A DNA stretch of 64,000 nucleotides from an uncultured Melioribacter sp. (GTDB taxonomy: Bacteria; Bacteroidota; Ignavibacteria; Ignavibacteriales; Melioribacteraceae), in NCBI GenBank assembly GCA_964464825.1, contig CAYXKL010000002.1, positions 520 through 64,519 of the forward strand, given 5' to 3'. Position 1 is the first letter of the stretch. Each line of letters begins with the position of its first letter. Below are positions 39,402 to 47,747 of this stretch, one piece after another. Made by a program: the position numbers and the translations under genes. The notes beneath the pieces were generated by a model, which saw nothing but the letters and a program-made list of their open reading frames with translations, was not told the DNA's origin and ran no database searches.

Positions 39402-39833
39402 GTGGATAACAAACCGGTTGTAGTTGAAACAATATATAAAGCATCTAAAGAAAAAGTATGGAATGCTATTACAGATAAAAATGAAATGAAGAAATGGTAT
39501 TTCGATATTGCGGATTTCAAACCGGAAGTTGGATTTGAATTTCAATTCATCGGCGGAACACCGGAGAAAAGCTATCTCCATCTCTGCAAGATCACGGAAG
39601 CAGTAAAAGAGAGTAAACTTTCCTACAGTTGGCGGTACGATGGCTATGAAGGAAAATCTTTTGTTACTTTTGAATTAACCGCTGAAGGTGATAACACAAA
39701 ACTGAAATTGACACACAAAGATTTAGAAACTTTTCCGGCAGATAATCCCGACTTTGCAAAAAAGAATTTTGAAGAAGGATGGAACTACATTCTCGGTACA
39801 GCTTTGAAAGAGTTCTTAGTGATTAGTTTTTAG
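39402..39833 (+). CDS. SRPBCC/AHSA1-family protein
   Basis: 143 aa, GTG start preceded by AAGGAG. KVWNAITDKNEMKKWYF...LKLTH...NFEEGWNYIL is typical of Aha1/START-like SRPBCC proteins. Confidence 0.8.
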   Translation: MDNKPVVVETIYKASKEKVWNAITDKNEMKKWYFDIADFKPEVGFEFQFIGGTPEKSYLHLCKITEAVKESKLSYSWRYDGYEGKSFVTFELTAEGDNTKLKLTHKDLETFPADNPDFAKKNFEEGWNYILGTALKEFLVISF

Positions 39834-39987
39834 TTTCTTAGTATTTAGCATTCAACACTTGTATGCTGTTATTTTAGCAGATTTACAACTTGTCAGCCTA
39901 AGACTGTTTCATCATTTGCAATTCAACATTCCTAATTTTCAATTCATCATTTCTTCCTGGGCTTGTCGGTGGACTTCTCATCTCTAA

Positions 39988-40015
39988 GTCATCCTGAGCG
40001 TAGCGAAAGGATCTC
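39988..40015 (+). repeat. GTCATCCTGAGCGTAGCGAAAGGATCTC hairpin element inside a GC-richer non-coding island
   Basis: ATCCT...AGGAT stem. It is flanked by imperfect ~20-nt direct repeats sharing an exact GGACTTCTCA (39971-39980 and 40075-40084). Confidence 0.5.
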
Positions 40016-40322
40016 CGCTTTCACCCAACGCCTATTACCTCTCACGCTTGTCTGACGAAGTCTGGATTGCCGAGGGACTTCTCACATCTATCTTCTCGCC
40101 TCTCACTAAAAAATTCTGTTGACAAAAAATCCCGTACAAGTTAAATTCAACCAAGTTTTTTCGTGAGTATCTATGAAGTTAAAACTTCTGCTCTCCTTGC
40201 AAGAACCACGCTTACAAAGGGCTGATCCCTTTTTCTGAAATGAAAATTTATTGTTTCTCATACATATATAAATTATACATTGTTAATAATAAGTTAGCTG
40301 TTTAATATAAATGTGAGAGTAT

Positions 40323-40514
40323 ATGCAAGCAAAAGAGACAAAACTTCAAGATATAATAGAAGTAACCAAGCAATATATTCTACCATTGTTCCAAAGAAGT
40401 TACAGTTGGGATAAAAAAGAATGGGATATTTTGTGGGACGATTTATGTGAGTTATCAGAAATAGAAAATCCTTGTTCCTCGGCTGCCAAGAAACATTTCT
40501 TGATAGCATTTTAA
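40323..40514 (+). pseudogene. N-terminal stub of a DUF262 (GmrSD/ParB-like nuclease) protein
   Basis: The 63-aa ORF begins ...YILPLFQRSYSWDKKEWDILWDDL, matching the signature start of DUF262 domains. Full-length proteins are several hundred aa. The reading frame ends after ~50 matching residues and an unrelated gene starts at 40542. Confidence 0.55.
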
Positions 40515-40541
40515 TTATTAAACTTATAAATAGGTACTATT

Positions 40542-40985
40542 ATGAAAGCATCAATTCTTGGATTTCTTTTATTAATTATGAGTGTACAATTATTATCTGC
40601 GCAAAACTCTACAGTCGAACAAGAAATTATTAATCTCTCCAAAGAAAAGTGGCAATGGATGTCAGACAAAAATGTTGATACACTCGACAGTCTCTTTCAC
40701 GAAAAAGCTGTTTTTGTTCACATGGGAGGATCCTGGGGAAAAGCGCAAGAAATCGATATCATTAAAAGCGGTGGAATTTGGTATAAGAAAGCAGACATCC
40801 ATGAAGTATCGGTGAATATTATTGATAATACTGCTATCCTTTTAAATAGAATAACTTTATTGGCTGTTGTCGGCGGAAATGATGTAACCAATCCATTTGA
40901 GGTTACGGAAGTCTATGTGAAAGAAAATGGAACGTGGAAGTTAGGCGCTCTCTCGTTCACAAGGTTACTCATTCGTCCCGAATAA
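40542..40985 (+). CDS. Secreted NTF2-like / DUF4440 (SnoaL-like) protein
   Basis: 147 aa with a signal peptide. EKWQWMSDKNVDTLDSLFHEKAVFVHMGG...IH is typical of DUF4440. Confidence 0.65.
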   Translation: MKASILGFLLLIMSVQLLSAQNSTVEQEIINLSKEKWQWMSDKNVDTLDSLFHEKAVFVHMGGSWGKAQEIDIIKSGGIWYKKADIHEVSVNIIDNTAILLNRITLLAVVGGNDVTNPFEVTEVYVKENGTWKLGALSFTRLLIRPE

Positions 40986-41017
40986 CAGCTAAAGTTTTTA
41001 CCCGTAAACATTTTTTG

Positions 41018-41043
41018 GCTGTCAAGAACCACTTCTTGACAGC
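41018..41043. terminator. Perfect 11-bp-stem hairpin between convergent genes
   Basis: GCTGTCAAGAA-CCAC-TTCTTGACAGC, with T-run and A-run flanks. A related imperfect copy lies at 47515-47544. Confidence 0.6.
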
Positions 41044-41065
41044 AAATTAATTTCCTTTCTAATTT

Positions 41066-43303
41066 CTAAATTCCAAACAAATACTGCACTTTCAAAAAGT
41101 ACTGCTGCTGAATATTTCTGATTCCGATTTCAGAGTTGTAATCAAGATAATCTGCAGTAGCGCCTAGATAAAAAGTTGTGAACGCACTCAACTTATAACT
41201 GAATAACGGATAAATATTGAAAGCTCTATCGAATGAATTGTACTGTGTTATCAAGCGGACAAACATTTCCGGCGAGAACTGATAGATACCAACAAGCCGG
41301 TAGATGTTGCCGTCATAAAAAAGTTCTTTTGTGTTCTCGTCTGCCAAGCGTGCGCGTGAGTAATCAAAAGAAATATTTATTTGTGATGAAGGTTTTAAAG
41401 TAAAGCCGGCGAAGAAATTATGACCGTAACCCATTTTAGGATCCGATGTTCTGAAGATAAATTTTCCGATGCTTCCTTCAACGTAAAAAGATAATTCGCT
41501 TATCGGACGTGTGCTTGCATAAAACTGAATCCGATTTATGTTTTCAAAATATTTATTATTAAACCATTCGTTATTTATAAGCATATAAGATAAATTAAAT
41601 TCAGTTTGTCCTTTCATTAAGAAATATAAATAGGGAACAGCATAGAAGTCTTTTCTAATTCCAGCGTCATTGAACTTTGCACCTCCATGAAATCCAATTT
41701 CCCAATTATCAATGAATGAGCTATCCGGATAAAAATTAAATTCATGGGCAGTGCTGATTTCTTTATAATTTACCTGGCTTACAAGCCCGTTATAAGTTTG
41801 AAAAGTTGGAGAAATAGAAACTAGTTCGATATCAAATTCGTAAGAGCGCTGGCTGTGAGAAAGCTCTATTCCAATTCCGTTGCCGCTGTATTCCTCATTA
41901 TCGAATGCTGCTGTATGCCCGGTCTTCGCGAATTCTCTCGTATTACCGAAAAGAGTAATGTCGTTCAATTCTTTTGTATGAGTAAAATGTGCTTCGCCCC
42001 CAAAATACCAGTTGCTTAAGAATTTATAATTCCAATCAAAACCGATTGCGTAATTATGAGCACCTTCAAAATTTCTTCCAAGAAGTAATGCGCCAATATA
42101 AATTTCATCACCGAAATCATAACGGAGTCTTCCGATGTTCGCTAAAGAATTCATGTTTGTTGAAACAGTGTTGCTTCTTTCTTCGCCAGGTACAACAAGT
42201 ATTGTGTTTCTATCGTAAGCTGATAAATATAGAAATGAAAGATTACCGGCTTTACCAATAATTCTAGCAGCCGCTAACGGATTATTAATGGAACGTGAGT
42301 AATACATTGGTGTTTCAAGCAGATCGTTTCCGGCAAGAAAGAAAGGGCGCTTCTCCTGATAATCGAGCGCAAATGTTGTGTTAACATCAATTTGATCTGC
42401 ATCGGATTCAATTTGACTGAAATCTGGATTGATTACTGCTTCCAAAGAAACGTTCGGACTCGGAGTATATTTTATTCCGCCACCAACTCTTCCAACTAAC
42501 GGATCATAATTGAATTTTGAATTCGGATCATCAAAGTTTTCTCTTCTGCCGGCAAACTCACTTATTGCATACGGAAGAAGTTCAATGGTTCCACCACCTT
42601 TAATATTTTTTAATCCGTATAATAAACCGGCTTGTGGAAACATTGAAGGAATATTTCTATCAATCCTCACCCAAGAAGTCATTATTCTGCTATCGCGCGG
42701 TAAGTTTCTTATAAGATGAAGCGGCCAGATATGCTCTTCTTTATCCGGCAGCGATAAACTCTTAAATGGAATTTTGAATTCAGCTGTCCAGCCCTCATCA
42801 TTTATACAAGCGGCAGAATACCAGATTAGATCTACCGACATATCTTCATTGTTCAATGTTGCAATTCCATCTCCTTGAATACCGAATGGATTGACAAACA
42901 GTTCATACGCTTTTTGATAATCACCGTAAGTATCGATCAAAACGCCGATGTAATCATCTTGCCAAAGTCTGTCTCTATCCGATATATTAGCGCGTATTTG
43001 TTTCGGATCGGGATCGTAACATTTAAAACCAAAATAAATATTATCATCATCGTATAATATATATACAAGAGTTCTCTGCTGTGCCGAAACATTATCTGCC
43101 GGTTTAAATTCAATATTGAGTTCAACCGGATTTGCTTTAAACCAAGCCGGATTATCTAATTTACCGGTCAGTTCGATTGGTTTATCAATTCTTACTGCAT
43201 CGGTTCTCGGTTTTTGATTTTCTTGCTGGGAATTAATTGTTGTGTTGAACAGAACCGGTAAAAATAAAATGGAGAGAAGAACAATCTTAGAATAATTTTT
43301 CAT
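41066..43303 (-). CDS. Outer-membrane-associated CBM9-like + DUF5916 protein
   Basis: 745 aa with a signal peptide. The N-terminal CBM9-like region (DNPAWFKANPVE...YILYDDDNIYFGFKCYD) is followed by a long beta-rich C-terminal domain typical of DUF5916. Confidence 0.65.
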   Translation of the reverse strand: MKNYSKIVLLSILFLPVLFNTTINSQQENQKPRTDAVRIDKPIELTGKLDNPAWFKANPVELNIEFKPADNVSAQQRTLVYILYDDDNIYFGFKCYDPDPKQIRANISDRDRLWQDDYIGVLIDTYGDYQKAYELFVNPFGIQGDGIATLNNEDMSVDLIWYSAACINDEGWTAEFKIPFKSLSLPDKEEHIWPLHLIRNLPRDSRIMTSWVRIDRNIPSMFPQAGLLYGLKNIKGGGTIELLPYAISEFAGRRENFDDPNSKFNYDPLVGRVGGGIKYTPSPNVSLEAVINPDFSQIESDADQIDVNTTFALDYQEKRPFFLAGNDLLETPMYYSRSINNPLAAARIIGKAGNLSFLYLSAYDRNTILVVPGEERSNTVSTNMNSLANIGRLRYDFGDEIYIGALLLGRNFEGAHNYAIGFDWNYKFLSNWYFGGEAHFTHTKELNDITLFGNTREFAKTGHTAAFDNEEYSGNGIGIELSHSQRSYEFDIELVSISPTFQTYNGLVSQVNYKEISTAHEFNFYPDSSFIDNWEIGFHGGAKFNDAGIRKDFYAVPYLYFLMKGQTEFNLSYMLINNEWFNNKYFENINRIQFYASTRPISELSFYVEGSIGKFIFRTSDPKMGYGHNFFAGFTLKPSSQINISFDYSRARLADENTKELFYDGNIYRLVGIYQFSPEMFVRLITQYNSFDRAFNIYPLFSYKLSAFTTFYLGATADYLDYNSEIGIRNIQQQYFLKVQYLFGI

Positions 43304-43461
43304 TGAAACTCCGGTAGAGATAAATTTTCATATCTATTGACTGTAACTGTAGAAATGAGGTTACAATAATATTCATAGGACAAAGAATCTTAGTTTGATT
43401 GTGAATTTAGACGTAAACAGAGCGTGATTTGTCACTTAATCTAAACTGGTATTAATAAATA

Positions 43462-45417
43462 TTATGCAGCTGGTAAGCTGATAGTAATTACAGAACCTTT
43501 TCCGATTTCACTTTCTACTTTAATGGTTCCTTTGTTAGCTTCAATAAAATCTTTTGAAAGGATCATTCCCAATCCCGAACCGGTTTCTCCGGCAGTACCT
43601 TTGGTTGTGGTTTTTTTGTCTAACGCAAATATGTTCTCTAATGTATCCTTGTTCATTCCAAGTCCGGTATCTTTTACAAGAAGATTAACTTTACCTTCAA
43701 CTCTTTCGGCGGTAATAGTAATTTCTCCTCCCAAGTGCGTGAATTTTACAGAATTGAAAATGATATTTCTGAGGATAGTATTCAGCATCTGCTCATCTGC
43801 AAAGACTGCAATATCACTGGGACAGTTTATAGTTAAGGTTATATTTTTATTGTTAAGATTTGTTTTGATAAGATCCACTATTTTCTGAATGACCGATTTT
43901 AATTCCAGTTTCTTGGGTTCGAATTTAATTTCTTGTCTTTGGTTTTTTGCCCATATCAATAAATTTTCCAGTAAATCAAAATCTTTTTTAATCGAATCTC
44001 CAATCATACTGATAGTTTCTTTTTTTTCTTTCTCGCTCAAAAGGTCGTATTGATCCCTAAGCAGACCCACAGCTGTAAAGATTGCGTTGAAGGGTTCGCG
44101 TAGATCATGAGCAATAATCCGGAAGAATTTATCTTTAACAACATTTAATTGATTCAGTTTGTCAGTAACTTTTTTCTTTTCGAAATAACGGAAAGTTAAG
44201 ATGATAACTATAATTACAAAAAGTAAAACAATGATTATTAAGTAATTGCGCTGTTCTATTTGTCCTTCAAGATCTTTTTGTAAAACCTCTTTTTCTCTCT
44301 CCGCTCTTTCAATTTTAACTAAGGATTCAAGCTCACCTAGTTTAAGTATTTCTTTTTTAGTAATAATTGAATCTGAAAGACCATGATATTTTTCAAAATA
44401 ATATAATGCGCTGTCGTTGTTTCCGGTTTTTTTGTAAAGCGTGTAGAATGTTTTATACGTGGCGGCAATAAGAGATGGTTCATTAATTTTAGTTGTAAGC
44501 TTTAATGCATCATAAAGATAATTTTCGCCAGATTTGCTGTCGTTTAGAGAAACATAGATCAACGCGATACCATTTAAATTGTTTACTTCACCTTCGGGAT
44601 TAATAATTTTACGGTTCAATTCAAGCGCTTGCATAGAATATTTTAATGCTTCGGGCATATTCCCTTTTGCATAAGCCATATCGCTCAATCCTTGCCATAC
44701 CTCCGCAAATCCTTTAAGATAATTTATTTTTTTATATAAATTTTGTAATTCATGGTATGAACTTTCGGCACGGGAATAATCACCTTTACGCTGGGAAAGT
44801 TTTGCAATTTCTAAAAGTGCCCTTGCAAGCAATCCTTCATTATTAATTTCTGTTGCAATACGATTGACAAGTTCAAAATAAACAAGCGCATTGGTGAAAT
44901 CATCTTGTGCAGAATATAATCTGCCGATGTTCATATAACAGTAAGCGGCGCCTTCTTCATCGTTTATCTTCTCAAATATTTTTATTGCCGCTTGTATATG
45001 CTCGGTTGCTTTTTCAATATTGTTTCTTATTCTATAAATTCCGCCGATGTTATTGTGTGAATATGCTGTTTGAGTTGGATCGCCGGATTCTTGTGCTACC
45101 TTTAAAGCTGAATAATGATACTCAAGCGCAATCTCAAGAGCTCCGATATTTGTATATGTTACACCGAGGAAATTATTGGTCTTTGCCTCAAGAATTTTAT
45201 TACCGGTTTTTCTTGTAAGTGTTAATGCTTCTTTTCCTAATTGAATTGCTGTAAGAGGATCGTTGCTTCTTCTATTCCATGTTTCATCAAGTAATATTTT
45301 TATCTTGGCTGTATCATCCAGTGCAGAAATATTTGATAGAATGGAATCTGCACCGCTTTGCGGAAAAACATTTGATAAACAAAGTATGCTAAAAAATAAA
45401 AATGTTTTGAAATGCAT
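43462..45417 (-). CDS. Sensor histidine kinase with periplasmic/N-terminal TPR array
   Basis: 651 aa. Signal/TM, about 7 TPR-like repeats, a TM helix, H-box AHDLREPF, and HATPase (DTGLGM, GSGLGM). No cognate regulator is adjacent. Confidence 0.85.
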   Translation of the reverse strand: MHFKTFLFFSILCLSNVFPQSGADSILSNISALDDTAKIKILLDETWNRRSNDPLTAIQLGKEALTLTRKTGNKILEAKTNNFLGVTYTNIGALEIALEYHYSALKVAQESGDPTQTAYSHNNIGGIYRIRNNIEKATEHIQAAIKIFEKINDEEGAAYCYMNIGRLYSAQDDFTNALVYFELVNRIATEINNEGLLARALLEIAKLSQRKGDYSRAESSYHELQNLYKKINYLKGFAEVWQGLSDMAYAKGNMPEALKYSMQALELNRKIINPEGEVNNLNGIALIYVSLNDSKSGENYLYDALKLTTKINEPSLIAATYKTFYTLYKKTGNNDSALYYFEKYHGLSDSIITKKEILKLGELESLVKIERAEREKEVLQKDLEGQIEQRNYLIIIVLLFVIIVIILTFRYFEKKKVTDKLNQLNVVKDKFFRIIAHDLREPFNAIFTAVGLLRDQYDLLSEKEKKETISMIGDSIKKDFDLLENLLIWAKNQRQEIKFEPKKLELKSVIQKIVDLIKTNLNNKNITLTINCPSDIAVFADEQMLNTILRNIIFNSVKFTHLGGEITITAERVEGKVNLLVKDTGLGMNKDTLENIFALDKKTTTKGTAGETGSGLGMILSKDFIEANKGTIKVESEIGKGSVITISLPAA

Positions 45418-45763
45418 TTTATCCTGAATATTATACAGTAAAACTACAAAGAGAATTACGAGTTGACAAGTGGAGAAGGTAAAATTGTAAATGCTGAATT
45501 ATAAATTGATACTATAAACATAGTTTTATAACAAGACTTCAGATTTAATAGATATTAAGACTTTATGAAGTATTAAATGTGGGTGGAAAAATCTATCTTA
45601 AATGGACTGTCGTCATTCTATTTACTTTTTTGTTGATAGCAAAAAGTTAAATTTATATTCAGAGGAAATTGTTAATTTTTAAACTAACTAATTAATTATT
45701 TCTTGATATTTGTGATTAAACATTTCATTTTAAACTCAAAGAAAAAATCTACAACGGAGATTC

Positions 45764-47500
45764 ATGATGAGTATTCCACTGCTTATAATTGGCGCTGTTG
45801 TTATTTATATAATTGCATATAGAACTTACGGAAAGTTTCTTGCAAAGAAAGTTTATGCGCTTGATAATGAACGCAAAACACCGGCACAATTAAATAACGA
45901 TGGATTGGATTTTGTACCGACGAGTGCAAAATTTTTATCGGGTCAGCATTTCTCAGCAATAGCAGCAGCCGGACCAATTACGGGACCAATTATTGCCGGA
46001 ATAATTTTTGGTTGGGTGCCGGCACTCATCTGGATTGTAATCGGCTCAATATTTATCGGCGGTGTACACGATATGGGTTCTATTGTTGCATCGATTCGCC
46101 ACAAAGCTCGCTCAATAACGGAAGTTGTTAAAGAAACAGTTTCGCACCGCGCCTGGCTGCTCTTTATGATTTTTATCTGGATTACTTTGGTTTACATCGT
46201 TGTTGCTTTTACAGATGTAACTTCAAGCTCATTTGTCGGGACAATAACTTTGGAGAATGGACAGAAAGTTGGCGGAGGCGCTATCGCAACTTCTTCTCTA
46301 ATGTATCTTATTCTACCGGTTATAATGGGACTTTTGCTTAAATACACAAAATTAAGTTTAACATGGGCAACAGTAATTTTTCTTCCTCTGGTTGGAATAG
46401 CAATTTGGTACGGACCTTACATGCCGCTTGAACTCGGCTCAATTTTGGGAATAGATCCTCAGCAGACACAAAAACTTTGGAATGTTTTTATACTTGTCTA
46501 TTGTTTTATTGCATCAATAATTCCGGTTTGGCTGCTGCTTCAGCCGCGCGGACATATAGGCGGATATTTTCTTTATGCCGCACTTTTTACCGCAGCTATT
46601 GGTTTGATGTTCGGAGGATTTGAAATTAATTATCCGGCATTTACAAAACTTGAAATGCAAGGAGGCGGATTCTGGTTCCCGATGTTCCCGATCTTGTTTG
46701 TTACAATTGCTTGCGGTGCTTGTTCGGGTTTTCATTCGCTCGTTGGATCAGGTACCACTTCAAAACAGCTTGCATGTGAAAGTGATTCAAAAGTTATCGG
46801 CTATGGAATGATGCTTCTTGAAGGAATGGTTGCAATTATTTCTCTTGCTTGTGTAATGATTCTAACACAAAATGATCCGCTCGTTAAAAGTTCTCCTAAT
46901 TTTATTTATGCTTCCGGTATTGGCAGATTTATGGAATTGATCGGCATACCGGCTGTTTTCGGAATTTCATTCGGATTGATGGCTTTCACTACATTCGTAT
47001 ACGATACACTCGATGTCTGCACTCGTTTAGGACGTTATATCATTCAAGAGTTAACCGGCTGGAAAAAATTGAGCGGAAGAATTTTTGCAACACTGTTAAT
47101 GGTTGGTGTGCCATTTTATTTTGTAACATTAACTTTATCGGATGCCAGCGGTAACCCGGTGCCGGCATGGAGAGTTTTCTGGAGTCTGTTCGGTGCATCG
47201 AATCAATTGCTTGCCGCTCTTGCACTAATCGGCATTACAGTTTGGCTCTACAAAACGGCAAAATTTAAATATGCATGGCTTGTTGCATTTATTCCGGCAG
47301 TCTGGATGTTCTTAATGTCCAACTGGGCATTAATTATTTTGATGAGGGATTCCTGGTTTAAAACCGGTAATTTAATTTTTACATCCGATCCGGTTCCGTA
47401 TGCATCACTTGTGTTATTTGTTCTCGCACTCACACTTGCAGTTGAAACGATTTACTCATTATTTATAAAAGATAAAAAGTTAGCCGCCGTGGGTGGTTAG
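45764..47500 (+). CDS. cstA: Carbon starvation protein A (peptide/pyruvate transporter)
   Basis: 578 aa, polytopic. GQHFSAIAAAGPITGPI and CGACSGFHSLV motifs are present. Confidence 0.95.
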   Translation: MMSIPLLIIGAVVIYIIAYRTYGKFLAKKVYALDNERKTPAQLNNDGLDFVPTSAKFLSGQHFSAIAAAGPITGPIIAGIIFGWVPALIWIVIGSIFIGGVHDMGSIVASIRHKARSITEVVKETVSHRAWLLFMIFIWITLVYIVVAFTDVTSSSFVGTITLENGQKVGGGAIATSSLMYLILPVIMGLLLKYTKLSLTWATVIFLPLVGIAIWYGPYMPLELGSILGIDPQQTQKLWNVFILVYCFIASIIPVWLLLQPRGHIGGYFLYAALFTAAIGLMFGGFEINYPAFTKLEMQGGGFWFPMFPILFVTIACGACSGFHSLVGSGTTSKQLACESDSKVIGYGMMLLEGMVAIISLACVMILTQNDPLVKSSPNFIYASGIGRFMELIGIPAVFGISFGLMAFTTFVYDTLDVCTRLGRYIIQELTGWKKLSGRIFATLLMVGVPFYFVTLTLSDASGNPVPAWRVFWSLFGASNQLLAALALIGITVWLYKTAKFKYAWLVAFIPAVWMFLMSNWALIILMRDSWFKTGNLIFTSDPVPYASLVLFVLALTLAVETIYSLFIKDKKLAAVGG

Positions 47501-47514
47501 TTAGATTTTTTATC

Positions 47515-47544
47515 TTGCTGTCAAAGATTATTCCTTGATAGCAA
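47515..47544. repeat. Imperfect inverted repeat TTGCTGTCAAAG-ATTATT-CCTTGATAGCAA after cstA
   Basis: 10/12 complementary arms. Sequence-related to the 41018-41043 hairpin. Lies 15 nt after the cstA stop. Confidence 0.45.
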
Positions 47545-47559
47545 TATTAACTAGTGTTT

Positions 47560-47607
47560 GTCACTCTGAACCTGACTGCCGTTAGGCAAGTCATGTTACA
47601 GAGTCTC
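47560..47607. repeat. Compound hairpin element (GTCACTCTGAAC...GTTACAGAGTCTC)
   Basis: Outer stem ACTCTG/CAGAGT, inner stem TGACTGCC/GGCAAGTCA with loop GTTA. A further TCCGAA...TTCGGA hairpin follows at about 47636-47655. Confidence 0.5.
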
Positions 47608-47747
47608 AGTATTAATTTATATTAAAATAAAAGATTCCGAAATGACACATTCGGACAAACCCTTATTCCTAAATGACAGAACAAATTTGTAAATCGTAAT
47701 TTAAATTACACTTTGCATTCTCCACTCTTCGTTCTTCACTCTGCTCT

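Noticed and set aside
40165-40230. 21-codon ORF MKLKLLLSLQEPRLQRADPFF as a real micropeptide gene
   Set aside because: It has no Shine-Dalgarno-like sequence, although strong AGGAG sites precede many genes here. It lies in a decayed, repeat-rich region. It is kept only as part of the sRNA/promoter hypothesis.
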